Shown here: in pieces, positions 21,425 to 31,106 of the stretch
How positions within the stretch are numbered: position 1 is the first letter of the stretch
Layout of the letters: the number at the start of each line of letters is the position of its first letter
Made by a program: the position numbers and the translations under genes
DNA from: an uncultured Candidatus Saccharibacteria bacterium
Lineage (GTDB): Bacteria > Patescibacteriota > Minisyncoccia > UBA6257 > 1-14-0-10-44-23
Assembly: GCA_964394435.1 (NCBI GenBank)
Contig: CAYMXN010000002.1
Coordinates: 14,196 to 78,195 of the forward strand
Direction: 5' to 3'
DNA length: 64,000 nucleotides
The notes under the pieces: generated by a model
Databases searched by the model: none
The model's input: the letters and a program-made list of their open reading frames with translations, nothing else
Told to the model about the DNA's origin: nothing

Positions 21425-21495
21425 TGCCAGATCGTCTAATGGTAGGACAGCGGACTCTGAATCCGCGAATCTTGGTTCGATTCCAGGTCTGGCAG
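21425..21495 (+). tRNA. tRNA-Gln (CTG)
   Basis: Acceptor tgccaga/tctggca, anticodon arm gcgga-ctCTGaa-tccgc, T-loop ttcgatt. Confidence 0.95.
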
Positions 21496-21551
21496 CAAAG
21501 TTAAAATAGGTTCGGAGTCCGAGGAGCTTAACAGATTTAAATAATTAAATT

Positions 21552-21953
21552 ATGAATAATTTTGAGCTGGAAGGATGGGACGAAATAAATCAAAACGGAG
21601 GTACTATTGGAACGGGTATAAATAAATCTATTCACAAGCTCACCGTTGCAATATTCAACTCTGGCTCAAAAACCTCTACTCATGTAGGTTATCTTAAGGA
21701 TAAGGTTGAACAGCTAAATAAGAATCTGGAAGAATCGAGTAAATCCTCCGATAGGAATTCCAGAGCGATGAAGTATTTAACCGGAGCTTTGGTTTTTCTG
21801 GGTATCGTGCAAGTTCTAGTAGCTTGGTTAAGCTATTCTGCCGATCGATCAATAATTGGAACTAAGAAAAATTGCTATAAAACTGCACTTCAAACTTCTG
21901 ATATAGAATTAAACTATAGAAGCTGCCTTCATAGCAATGGACTTTCAGAATAA
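21552..21953 (+). CDS. AT-rich hypothetical membrane protein (coiled coil plus one TM)
   Basis: 133-aa ORF with hydrophobic segment LTGALVFLGIVQVLVAWL. Confidence 0.6.
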   Translation: MNNFELEGWDEINQNGGTIGTGINKSIHKLTVAIFNSGSKTSTHVGYLKDKVEQLNKNLEESSKSSDRNSRAMKYLTGALVFLGIVQVLVAWLSYSADRSIIGTKKNCYKTALQTSDIELNYRSCLHSNGLSE

Positions 21954-21977
21954 ATATGCTTCAAATAGTGTAATTCT

Positions 21978-23009
21978 ATGGAAGAAAGAACAAGTCCTAA
22001 GCAACTTAAGTCAGATACAAGACAGTGGAATTCTGGCAGGGTTCATTTTGCAGTCATTGGTTGGCCAGGAAAACCTGAGGATAATTATATTGTTTTTCAA
22101 AAAAATTTCTTTGGAAAAACGAAAAACCAAGACCAAAAATTCAATTTACGTTTTAGAGATTGGCAAAATCTCAAGAAGCTTATTGATGGCGAGTTGACCC
22201 CTATTACTGAGTGGGAAAAGACAATTTCTGTCGTTGACAAAGAAAGTCTCGAAAAACTCATAAATGATGATCCTGATATTTTTTCAAAAGTCCTAGCAAG
22301 TCCGAATATATTAAAGTTGAGCGATTCCAGCTTCGAATCTCTTGATCGAATTGCAGTAAAAATATACGAAGTTAAGGCAGAAAAAATTGATCTAATCTTA
22401 AAAAAGATAGCTGAGACGCCATCAGCAGATCTCGAAAAGTTTAGTACCCTATTGAATGATTTGAGACTAAACCAGATTTCAATGATGACCACTTTGGTTT
22501 ACCAGAAATTAAAAATAATTGATTTGCTTGAAAAAGTTATCATATCTCCTAGAAGTAAAGAAAAGGATGTACATCAGATTTTTGAAAAACACCCATGGCT
22601 TTTGGGGAGAGCTTTCGAAATCGTTTCAAGTGATAAGGCGCTTATAAATTATCTAGAAACAAATTTACAAGAAGACCCAGAAACCCGCGTAAGACCTGAT
22701 ATAATCGCCAGCACTATTCCTTACACAAATGATGTCGTAATTATTGAACTTAAAAAACCAGGGATTAAACTTAAGGCAAAACATATTGGACAAGTCCTGG
22801 AGTATAAGGCATTAGTACAAAGACATAAGCCAAATGTAAAGAATATAAATTGTTTTGTTTTTGGTTACGAGAAAGATACCACTTTTACTTTTTCAAAAGA
22901 TGCAACAATAAAGACTTTCTCAGAATTAGTATCAGAGCTTAGGCATGAATACAAAGAATATCAAAAAGTATTAGATGTAGGAAAAGATCTTGAAGTAGAA
23001 AATTTATGA
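21978..23009 (+). CDS. PD-(D/E)xK nuclease, Shedu/DUF4263-like C-terminal domain
   Basis: EKDVHQIFEKHPWLLG, RPDII, IIELKKP, QVLEY; AT-rich. Confidence 0.7.
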   Translation: MEERTSPKQLKSDTRQWNSGRVHFAVIGWPGKPEDNYIVFQKNFFGKTKNQDQKFNLRFRDWQNLKKLIDGELTPITEWEKTISVVDKESLEKLINDDPDIFSKVLASPNILKLSDSSFESLDRIAVKIYEVKAEKIDLILKKIAETPSADLEKFSTLLNDLRLNQISMMTTLVYQKLKIIDLLEKVIISPRSKEKDVHQIFEKHPWLLGRAFEIVSSDKALINYLETNLQEDPETRVRPDIIASTIPYTNDVVIIELKKPGIKLKAKHIGQVLEYKALVQRHKPNVKNINCFVFGYEKDTTFTFSKDATIKTFSELVSELRHEYKEYQKVLDVGKDLEVENL

Positions 23010-23107
23010 TATTCCGAAAAATGGTGAAGTGATAAGATTATTGTAATTATTATAAAACACTTGTGGGGGTGAGGTATGAAAATATCCAAATCCGATGAGG
23101 TCGACAA

Positions 23108-23704
23108 ATGAATAAAAACGAATTCCCTCGAGCAATTCAGTTTCTAGAAAGTTTAAATGTCTCCTACTATATCCATGCCGGATTTGCGATGCACCTACAT
23201 GGACTCCTGTCTGACCTCGATGATTTAGATGTGCGCATCGACCACCCAAATCTCGAGCAGGTTTTAAAACAAGCAAAGGAAAATTTTGCCTGCCCCGTGC
23301 TATTAACCATCGGTGGCGAATATGATAATGGGCAGTATCGCTTTGGTCGTATAGAGATCGAAGCATCAACCCCTATCGATATCTGCTCATCAATGGGAGT
23401 TATTAATGATTGGGGCACCGTCGACTTCCCTCCCTTCGCGACCTCTTCGCTGAATAGCACGGCAATCAACTATCATGGTGTGTCGGCGCGAGTTGCCTCC
23501 CCGGAGACATTGCTGTTGTATTACCTTATCTTACGCCGGAAGCAGAATAAAAATGACAAAGAAAAAATTAGAGCCCTATTTTTATCAGGGAAAATTAATG
23601 AGGATCGATTCCGCGCGCTCTTAAAAAATAACAAACATGAATCTCAAATCCTAAACCTATATCGGTATTATAAAAAAATAGCTTCTAAACCTAGGAATAA
23701 GTAG
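23108..23704 (+). CDS. Nucleotidyltransferase-superfamily protein
   Basis: IHAGFAMHLHG...DDLDV (hG..A, DxD), C-terminal KND. Confidence 0.6.
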   Translation: MNKNEFPRAIQFLESLNVSYYIHAGFAMHLHGLLSDLDDLDVRIDHPNLEQVLKQAKENFACPVLLTIGGEYDNGQYRFGRIEIEASTPIDICSSMGVINDWGTVDFPPFATSSLNSTAINYHGVSARVASPETLLLYYLILRRKQNKNDKEKIRALFLSGKINEDRFRALLKNNKHESQILNLYRYYKKIASKPRNK

Positions 23705-23726
23705 TTTTTACCAAGAAAATAATTTT

Positions 23727-24503
23727 ATGCTTCACGATTTCCTCATCTTCGCCCTTAAACAGGCGCGGGCGGCGCTGTTTGCCGGAGTGTTTTTGTTTTT
23801 GATTTTCGCCTCAAAATATATTGCGATTCCGGGATTATATCGCTACGACTTTCTCTTTTTGGCCGCAGTAGCCATTCAGCTCCTGATGCTTCTGTTTAAG
23901 CTCGAGACAGTAGATGAAGCTAAGACTATCGTCCTCTTTCACCTCATCGGTCTTATCCTTGAGATTTATAAAACCAGTCCAGCGATTGGGTCGTGGACGT
24001 ATCCGGAGCCTGGGTACCTGAAGATTTTTACCGTGCCACTGTATAGCGGATTTATGTACGCTTCGATTGGCAGCTATATCGCTCACGCGTGGAAGGGCTT
24101 TAACCTTAAACTCATCAACTCCCCTCGCTATCTCTATAGCATCATCCTCTGCGCACTTATCTATCTCAACTTTTTTACCAACCACTTTATATATGACTTT
24201 CGTCTTTTTCTTATCGCGGGAATCTTTATCTTATACCGAAAAGCTTACGTTGAGTTTACGCCGGATAAGCGCACCTATCGCCTTCCGCTTAATGTCAGCT
24301 TTTTACTCATCTCGCTCTTTGTGTGGATAGCGGAAAATATCGGAACGTTTTATGGCGCGTGGCAGTACCCTTCGCAGATTCACGCGTGGCAAATTGTTTC
24401 GTTTCAAAAAATCACCTCGTGGTTTTTGATGGTGATTATCTCCTTTATCATCGTCGCGTATTTAAAACATGTTAAGGCGGAGCGTACTTTGAATGCCGCT
24501 TAG
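23727..24503 (+). CDS. DUF817-family integral membrane protein
   Basis: RYDFL, FHLIGL.LE..K, GSW.YPE, VPLYSGFMY, AENIGT, W.YP.Q. Confidence 0.85.
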   Translation: MLHDFLIFALKQARAALFAGVFLFLIFASKYIAIPGLYRYDFLFLAAVAIQLLMLLFKLETVDEAKTIVLFHLIGLILEIYKTSPAIGSWTYPEPGYLKIFTVPLYSGFMYASIGSYIAHAWKGFNLKLINSPRYLYSIILCALIYLNFFTNHFIYDFRLFLIAGIFILYRKAYVEFTPDKRTYRLPLNVSFLLISLFVWIAENIGTFYGAWQYPSQIHAWQIVSFQKITSWFLMVIISFIIVAYLKHVKAERTLNAA

Positions 24504-24587
24504 TTTCTTGGCTGGTTTTTTGCTTTATGTAAAAATACTGCTTCCGTTTGTCGGCGTAGTGTCGACGATGGACCTATGAGGTGTACT

Positions 24588-24989
24588 TTGAAGCGTTCCT
24601 TTCTGCTCGCACTCGCGCTGATCGTGATGGCACTCGGCTTCCTGAACTCCCCGCTGGTCGAGCCGGCCAACGCTGGCGGCTTCACCATGCTGCTGCCGAA
24701 CACCCCGGTGTTCTCGATTGGGGTCTGGAGTCTGGAGACCGACGACTTCAAGTCGGTGGTCGTCCCTGCGGACCGGGCCGCCGACCTCTGCGCGGCGCTG
24801 GGCATCTCCATAAGCCAGGGCACGTTTAGCACGGCGGCCCAGGTCGTCACACTCAACCCGAACGCCACGGCGATCGTGACGTGCGATTGTCAGCCCACCC
24901 AGGGCCTATCCACGTACTGGGGAGTCCAGAGTACGTGCTGGCAGGACCAGTACGCACAGTTCTCTTTCGAGCAGGTCAACACACGCTGA
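24588..24989 (+). CDS. GC-rich secreted orphan protein
   Basis: TTG start after GAGGTG (ORF track start 24576), signal peptide, several Cys, terminator at ~24997-25030. Confidence 0.7.
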   Translation: MKRSFLLALALIVMALGFLNSPLVEPANAGGFTMLLPNTPVFSIGVWSLETDDFKSVVVPADRAADLCAALGISISQGTFSTAAQVVTLNPNATAIVTCDCQPTQGLSTYWGVQSTCWQDQYAQFSFEQVNTR

Positions 24990-25045
24990 CCCGCTCTCGC
25001 CCCAACGACTTCGGTCTGCGGGGCTTTTTTATATCATAGCTTTTC

Positions 25046-25606
25046 GTGATACGATGCGTATATATGAAACTTTTTTACCGCCTCTTACTCGCACTGATTA
25101 TCGGCGCGGCGGCCTGGTTCTTTTTCTTGCGCGACACCACCTCTTCACTTAACACATATACAAGCGCTGAATATGGCATCTCATTTTCGTATCCTAGTAT
25201 GTATCTCCTAGAAGAAATGGACGCGCCAGGAAACGAACTACGCAAACATCACGTAATTACGTTGATGCGCAAAGACTCACTCCCAGCTCCCGAAGGTGGC
25301 GAGGGTCCGACCTATATCGCGCTGGAGATATATCAGAACAATTTAGATAACCAAACAGCGGAGGGTTGGATTAAACATACGAGCGAGTCGAACTACAAGC
25401 TTAGCGATGGAACGCTTACATCGATCACGCTCGCTAATGGACTCCCTGCCACCTCGTATCGCTGGTCCGGATTATATGAAGGAACGACGATTGTGACCGC
25501 CCAGCCGAAATGGATATATGCGTTTACGGCAACCTATATGGAGATGGGTGAACAGATTATTCAAGACTTTGTCGCGATTCGGGATAGTATTCGTATAACC
25601 AAATAA
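25046..25606 (+). CDS. Membrane-anchored PsbP-like surface protein
   Basis: TM followed by TYTSAEYGISFSYP motif. Confidence 0.6.
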   Translation: MIRCVYMKLFYRLLLALIIGAAAWFFFLRDTTSSLNTYTSAEYGISFSYPSMYLLEEMDAPGNELRKHHVITLMRKDSLPAPEGGEGPTYIALEIYQNNLDNQTAEGWIKHTSESNYKLSDGTLTSITLANGLPATSYRWSGLYEGTTIVTAQPKWIYAFTATYMEMGEQIIQDFVAIRDSIRITK

Positions 25607-25622
25607 CCACTATACTGTTAGT

Positions 25623-26408
25623 ATGGAGCAACCAACAGGACTACATTTTGATGACGCGAATAAGTTTGAAGTGCCTCGCGGCATCGTTGACGAGAGTGGA
25701 ATCGAACAGGTGCGCAAGTTCGAGATACCGGGTGGACGATTTGCTTTTATTACTCACCGAGGTGGACGGCCGGAAAAACCAAACGAGGACTGTGTAGTGC
25801 TCGATCCTGAACATAAAGCGTTTGCGGTTGTTGACGCGATGGGTGGACAGAGCAACCCCCTACTCTCTAAGCAACTGACGAGCGAGGAGCTCTTGAAAGC
25901 GTTTACTACTAATGAGCCTCTTGTGCGCGCACACTATAGTGCGATGAGGCGAATGGAGAGCGAGAACCGTAATGGTGGTGCGTGTTATAGCGCCTTTCGT
26001 ATTAATGGCAAGATGCTCGAAGCTATCCAAGGAGGAGACACGAGCATTGTTGTTGTAAATACGATCAATAGAAAAGTAAAACTAGGAGCTACGGGAGGCG
26101 AAAACCTTGCAATGGATCTGCGCCAGGCGATACAAAAAAGCTATCATGGCGTAGAGCCTCCAAGTACCGCAGCTATTGAGCTCCAAAATGGTGATCGCAT
26201 CTATGCTATGAGTGATGGCGCGTGGGAAAACTTCAGCACCGAAAGACTCTTAAGCAAAGAGATGCTTCGACTTCCTATTGATACGGTCCTTAAAATGGCA
26301 TACGAAGAAGCACTTCAGGAGATGTTTCAAAAAACAAGAGGACCTGAATGGGGCAATCCTGATAACTTTACGCTTTTCGTCTACGAAAAAGACTCTGCGA
26401 TTACATAG
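25623..26408 (+). CDS. PP2C-family protein phosphatase
   Basis: NED, VVDAMGG, GD, SDG, DN motifs. Confidence 0.8.
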   Translation: MEQPTGLHFDDANKFEVPRGIVDESGIEQVRKFEIPGGRFAFITHRGGRPEKPNEDCVVLDPEHKAFAVVDAMGGQSNPLLSKQLTSEELLKAFTTNEPLVRAHYSAMRRMESENRNGGACYSAFRINGKMLEAIQGGDTSIVVVNTINRKVKLGATGGENLAMDLRQAIQKSYHGVEPPSTAAIELQNGDRIYAMSDGAWENFSTERLLSKEMLRLPIDTVLKMAYEEALQEMFQKTRGPEWGNPDNFTLFVYEKDSAIT

Positions 26409-26444
26409 CTTTAAAAAAATACTCGCTCATTGAACGAGTATTTT

Positions 26445-27302
26445 TTACCATTTTCCGGAGGCGCCGCCACCACCTGAACCTCCTCCACCGAATCCACCAA
26501 ACCCGCCGCCGCCGCTGTGCCCGCCTCCGCCAAACCCGCCACCAAATCCACCTCCACCACGGAACCAGTTTGAGCCACCGGCTTTTGAAGCTATGAAATC
26601 AATAAGGAGACCGAGCGGAATTAAGACTATGGCTGAAAGTGCACCATAAACAAATGAGGCGAAGACAAAACCGATAGCGGTACCAGCTACTCCGCCCAAG
26701 ACTCCGCCAAGCCACCACGACTTTGTGCGAGCGAGGACTCCAAGTACTAAACTCAAGAAAAACCAGATGCCAAAAATTAAAAATGGAAAGAGGTCGCCAA
26801 TAGACTGACTAGATACTGGGACTGGCGGAGCGTACTCGCTGGCGATCGCCTGCTCAATCGCACCCACTCCTTGCGTAATGCCCGCATCAAAATCACCCTG
26901 CGCAAATGCGGGCACGATCACCTTGTCGATAATCTGCTTACTTTCTAAGTCGGTGAGCGCGCCCTCGAGACCGTAACCGACTTCGATACGCACTTCGCGC
27001 TCATCGCGGGCGATAAGCAGTAAGACTCCATTGTCTTTTTCTTTGCCTCCAATCCCCCACTCGGCAAATAGTTTTACCGCGTACGTCTCGATCGTTTCAT
27101 CTGTAAGCGTTGGGATAGTTACTACCGCTATCTCGTGCGCTTTTTCAGCACGAAAATTTTTCAACTCTTGCTCGAGTGAGGCGCGCACCCCACTACTCAT
27201 CATCTGCGCAAAGTCGTTCACAAATCCGACCGGCTTTCCTGGGCTGGTGTACGCAAAAACAGTTAGCGGCAAAAATACTATCAGTGCGAACAAACGTCGC
27301 AT
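26445..27302 (-). CDS. TPM-domain protein (YgcG-like)
   Basis: VNDFA, WGIG..DNGVLLL, RIEVGYGLEG, Gly-rich tail GGGASGKW. Confidence 0.92.
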   Translation of the reverse strand: MRRLFALIVFLPLTVFAYTSPGKPVGFVNDFAQMMSSGVRASLEQELKNFRAEKAHEIAVVTIPTLTDETIETYAVKLFAEWGIGGKEKDNGVLLLIARDEREVRIEVGYGLEGALTDLESKQIIDKVIVPAFAQGDFDAGITQGVGAIEQAIASEYAPPVPVSSQSIGDLFPFLIFGIWFFLSLVLGVLARTKSWWLGGVLGGVAGTAIGFVFASFVYGALSAIVLIPLGLLIDFIASKAGGSNWFRGGGGFGGGFGGGGHSGGGGFGGFGGGGSGGGGASGKW

Positions 27303-27314
27303 ATCGTGTTGAGA

Positions 27315-27869
27315 TTATTGGAGATCGACTTTCGGAGCCTCTTCTGCGCCCTGCGCGGCTTCAAAATATGCGCGCTCATCAAACCCAGAGATACCGGCGA
27401 TGAGGTTAGATGGGAAACGCTTAATCGCGAGGTTGAATGCTTTGACCGCTTCGTTAAAGCGCATACGCTCTACGCTCACCCGGTTTTCGGTTCCCTCGAG
27501 CTGCGTCATTAAGTTCGTTACTGCTTCCGAACTGCGCAGCTGCGGATAGTTTTCGATAATTACGAGCAAACGAGAAAGCGCCCCTTCTACCTCGGTTGCG
27601 GCGGAGGCTTTTTGATCAATGGTCTGGGCGCCGGAGTATTTCGCGCGAGCGTCAGCGAGCGCGGTGAATACTGTTTTTTCTTGCGTGAAAATGCCCTTTA
27701 CGGATTCGGTTAAATTTGGAATCAAATCAAAGCGACGCTGATACTGACTCTCAACTTGTGCCCACTGACTGTCGACTCCTTCATTTAAACTTACAAAGCG
27801 GTTGTACGAACTAATACCCCAGACTGCGAGAACGATGACGATTGCGAGAACAATAAGTGATTTTTTCAT
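27315..27869 (-). CDS. lemA: LemA-family protein
   Basis: YQRRFDLIPNL, ENYPQL, EGTENR; start revised to 27869. Confidence 0.93.
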   Translation of the reverse strand: MKKSLIVLAIVIVLAVWGISSYNRFVSLNEGVDSQWAQVESQYQRRFDLIPNLTESVKGIFTQEKTVFTALADARAKYSGAQTIDQKASAATEVEGALSRLLVIIENYPQLRSSEAVTNLMTQLEGTENRVSVERMRFNEAVKAFNLAIKRFPSNLIAGISGFDERAYFEAAQGAEEAPKVDLQ

Positions 27870-27915
27870 ATGAGATGTATTGATTACTGAATAATACTGA
27901 CAACGACTCAATCGC

Positions 27916-28116
27916 CTAGAGCTTACCGAGCTCTTTGAGGTCGTGGTCGGGAATGTAGAGGATAAGAAGCCCAAGGATTAAGCCGGCGATAGTGGTGATG
28001 ATATGGCTTCCTCCGAAGACTACTTTATCAATCCAATCGAGAACGTACCAAATGCCGCGCCAGACGAGAACGATACCGATAATGACCGAAAGATTTTTTA
28101 GCAAGTTTAGTTTCAT
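27916..28116 (-). CDS. Small two-TM membrane protein
   Basis: VLVWRGIW motif and two hydrophobic helices. Confidence 0.7.
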   Translation of the reverse strand: MKLNLLKNLSVIIGIVLVWRGIWYVLDWIDKVVFGGSHIITTIAGLILGLLILYIPDHDLKELGKL

Positions 28117-28200
28117 ACCTCAACAATATCATCCTCTTCATTCTCATTCAATTGCGCAAAGCGATTTGATTTTTACCCTACTTCCTATACTCTAGCAATC

Positions 28201-29211
28201 ATGGATACTACACTGCTCGCCCTGGCGACTAAGAACATCGGAGATACTGTCCGCCTCGCACTCGAACACACTTCTAACCATAAAGCTTTGGTGGTTTATG
28301 ATACGCAAAATGGACTGACTAATATTTTGACGGCTGCGTATCGTGCCACCCTGCCAGACGCGACCTATATCGATTTTGATAAGACCTCGCGCGAAGAGGT
28401 TATTGCTGCGTTTGATACGATGAGCCCGGGCGACTTGGTTGTTTTGATTCAGTCATCAAACTTCCGCTTAAACGAGTTTCGTATTCGTCTGCATCTCTTT
28501 AGCAAAAAGCTCAAAGTGATTGAGCATATGCACCTCTACCGCAATACCCCGGATGTGTGGGACGTGTATATCAACTCGATCGCGTATGATATCAATTGGT
28601 ATCGTAATGTTGGTCCAAAACTTAAGGCTAAGCTTGAGCCGATCAAGACATTGCGCATCCAGGCGATGGGTCAGGAGCTTGCTATTACCGGCGGACTGGA
28701 AACTCCAAAGTTAAATATCGGAGACTACACAGGGATGGAAAATGTCGGGGGAACGTTTCCGATTGGCGAAGTGTTTACCGAGGCACTCGACTTCAGCACG
28801 ATGAACGGCTCATTTATGATTTATGCGTTTGCGGGTGCGGAGTTTACCGTTGATATGCATGAACCGTTTCGCGTTGATATCAAAGAGGGTCAGGTAGTTG
28901 GCTGGGGAGAAAACACACCGAAAAATTTTATTGAAATTGTCGGAGCGATTAAGGCTGAAGAGCGCGCTATTATTCGCGAGATCGGGTTTGGACTTAACCG
29001 TGCGATTACCCGCCAGCGCTATATGCAAGATATTACCGCGTTTGAACGTATCTTAGGCATGCACCTCTCGCTCGGCGAAAAGCACGCGGTCTATAAAAAA
29101 GAAGGTATTGTTACCGCAAAAGCACGTTTTCACGTCGACCTCTTCCCTGTTGTCGATAAAGTAATCGCTGACGAGACGGTTATTTTTGAAAACGGTCAGT
29201 ACGTTGTCTAG
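28201..29211 (+). CDS. Aminopeptidase-like metallopeptidase (M29-related)
   Basis: [26 protein letters not shown]. Confidence 0.65.
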   Translation: MDTTLLALATKNIGDTVRLALEHTSNHKALVVYDTQNGLTNILTAAYRATLPDATYIDFDKTSREEVIAAFDTMSPGDLVVLIQSSNFRLNEFRIRLHLFSKKLKVIEHMHLYRNTPDVWDVYINSIAYDINWYRNVGPKLKAKLEPIKTLRIQAMGQELAITGGLETPKLNIGDYTGMENVGGTFPIGEVFTEALDFSTMNGSFMIYAFAGAEFTVDMHEPFRVDIKEGQVVGWGENTPKNFIEIVGAIKAEERAIIREIGFGLNRAITRQRYMQDITAFERILGMHLSLGEKHAVYKKEGIVTAKARFHVDLFPVVDKVIADETVIFENGQYVV

Positions 29212-29435
29212 CCGTTATCTGCGTAAACTGTTTCGACATACAACCCCTCTACTTTCTCCCGCGCCCACGGTGTTTTACGCAAAAATGTCAGACTCGAGTT
29301 AATACTCGGGTTGCTCATAAAGCAGTTGATTTTGATACGCGCGCCCAACTCGGCCCAGCCGTAACGCTCAACTAAAAATTCTAAAATCGCCTGGAGTGTT
29401 TTGCCATGCAGCGGATTATTGAGGTGCGCGTGCAT
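29208..29435 (-). CDS. VF530/DUF2132 family putative DNA-binding protein
   Basis: [25 protein letters not shown]. Confidence 0.88.
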   Translation of the reverse strand: MHAHLNNPLHGKTLQAILEFLVERYGWAELGARIKINCFMSNPSINSSLTFLRKTPWAREKVEGLYVETVYADNG

Positions 29436-29437
29436 AC

Positions 29438-30076
29438 TTATTGTCCTAATCCGGTACAGCGCCAGTTTATTTCGGCGGTCTTGCTTTCTTCGAGCACTAC
29501 GCAGGCCGGATTACAGCCAGGCTTGGTTGCGTTTAGGTTTGCGTCAAACCACCAGGTCTTCGTTATTTCGTTATACTGCCCGGCGGCGAGCGCCTCCCCT
29601 CCTTTGATGCAGGCTTGTTCGGCGATGGTGCGCGCTTGAGCCTCGGTGAGCGAACTCTTTATTTCAACGATTGGCGTAGGAGAGTTGGTGGTCGCGATAG
29701 TGAGTTGAAGTACGGTCGCAAAACTACCCCACAGCAAATATGGAAGTAAGAGCCAGAAGATAAGCTTGGAGAATTTAACTACTTTTACTTCTAGAATAAG
29801 CAGCGTGATTAAAACCGCGAGGATGTCGATTGAGGCTGGCCAAAATGCGGCGTAGTCAAGTTGAAGCGGCGTAAAGAGCAGGTTGGCAACAATGTTAAGC
29901 GCAAACACAATGATTAGATATGGCGGGACGCGTTTTTTGACCGTGAGATACAGCAAATAAATACCAGCGATAATAATCAGCGGATAGATAATCCCCCACG
30001 CGACTCCAAACACCCAGTCAGGCGGAGCAAATGATGGCTTGATAATACCCGCATAAAATTCTTGATAGGTACGCAT
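29438..30076 (-). CDS. TspO/MBR-family protein with C-terminal Cys-containing extension
   Basis: [26 protein letters not shown]; tail [16 protein letters not shown]. Confidence 0.85.
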   Translation of the reverse strand: MRTYQEFYAGIIKPSFAPPDWVFGVAWGIIYPLIIIAGIYLLYLTVKKRVPPYLIIVFALNIVANLLFTPLQLDYAAFWPASIDILAVLITLLILEVKVVKFSKLIFWLLLPYLLWGSFATVLQLTIATTNSPTPIVEIKSSLTEAQARTIAEQACIKGGEALAAGQYNEITKTWWFDANLNATKPGCNPACVVLEESKTAEINWRCTGLGQ

Positions 30077-30093
30077 ATAGTATCAGTATACTC

Positions 30094-30609
30094 TTACATC
30101 TTTCGGCTGTCGTACGCCCAGTGGAGTAAGGCTTGGCGCTGTTTCGTGTGGCAACTAAAATCCCCTATGCGGCAGCTCTTTTTGATTTGCGCGATATGGC
30201 GCACCATCGCCTTCCAGCGCTTAATTTGGCGGACATCTTCATCTGGAATGCGCCTGCCCATATAGTAGCGACAGTACCACTGAAACCAACCACGCGGATC
30301 ATCTTTATATATCCACCCCTTCGCCTGCCAGACTGCGATCGGCTGACTCGCGTCTACTTTAAAAAAGTTAAGCTTGGGGTCGTGTCCCGCCACCCCCTGG
30401 GGTAACAGAATAGCTTTTGCAAACCAAGCTGCGGGAAATTCTTTTTGGCAGTCTCGCATATAGCGCCCACCAAATACGCCAAGCTCGAGCATCTGCTTTG
30501 GTGTCAGATCGGGCTTAAAGTCTGACGCAAAATTACGTCCCTCTGGCTCGGTGAGCTCGTAGGAGTAGTTTTTCTGCATCAGGTCATTTACCGTTATTCG
30601 ATTACCCAT
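30094..30609 (-). CDS. Conserved hypothetical protein
   Basis: LTPKQML.LGVFGG, DPRGWFQWYCRY, RQALLHWAYD. Confidence 0.8.
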   Translation of the reverse strand: MGNRITVNDLMQKNYSYELTEPEGRNFASDFKPDLTPKQMLELGVFGGRYMRDCQKEFPAAWFAKAILLPQGVAGHDPKLNFFKVDASQPIAVWQAKGWIYKDDPRGWFQWYCRYYMGRRIPDEDVRQIKRWKAMVRHIAQIKKSCRIGDFSCHTKQRQALLHWAYDSRKM

Positions 30610-30610
30610 A

Positions 30611-31087
30611 CTATTCTTTTGCTTCTTTAAGGTCGGTGAGCACCTCGCCAGCGTGTAGCTCGGGCTTTACCTTTTCGTACACTTTAGCAATCCTTCCTTT
30701 TGGGTCGATTAAAAATGAGGTGCGGAGCGTACCCATATACTCACGACCCATAAACTTTTTCAGCTGCCAGACGCCGTACCGTGCGACTACTTTCTTTTCT
30801 TCGTCAGACAGTAGTGTAAATGGGAGCTTATATTTTTTCGCAAACTTCTCATGACTTTTCACCGAGTCGGTACTTATGCCAAACACCTTCGCCTTGAGCT
30901 TTTCAAACTTTGGAAACTCGGCGGCGATTGAGCACGCTTCTTTTGTGCACCCTGGAGTGTCATCTTTTGGATAGAAATACAACAAAACCCACTGACCCTG
31001 ATAGTCAGAGAGTGTATGTTGTTTGCCTTGTTGATCGAGTAATTGGAAATCCGGAGCCTGGTCGCCGACTGATAGGTTATTGGCCAT
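30611..31087 (-). CDS. bcp: Thioredoxin-dependent peroxiredoxin Bcp
   Basis: YFYPKDDTPGCTKEAC. Confidence 0.95.
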   Translation of the reverse strand: MANNLSVGDQAPDFQLLDQQGKQHTLSDYQGQWVLLYFYPKDDTPGCTKEACSIAAEFPKFEKLKAKVFGISTDSVKSHEKFAKKYKLPFTLLSDEEKKVVARYGVWQLKKFMGREYMGTLRTSFLIDPKGRIAKVYEKVKPELHAGEVLTDLKEAKE

Positions 31088-31106
31088 ATATCCGGATTAT
31101 AGCACT

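Noticed and set aside
21496-23720. Integrase-type genomic island with att sites at the tRNA-Gln 3' end
   Set aside because: No second copy of the tRNA 3' end and no integrase were found; only the compositional shift supports foreign origin
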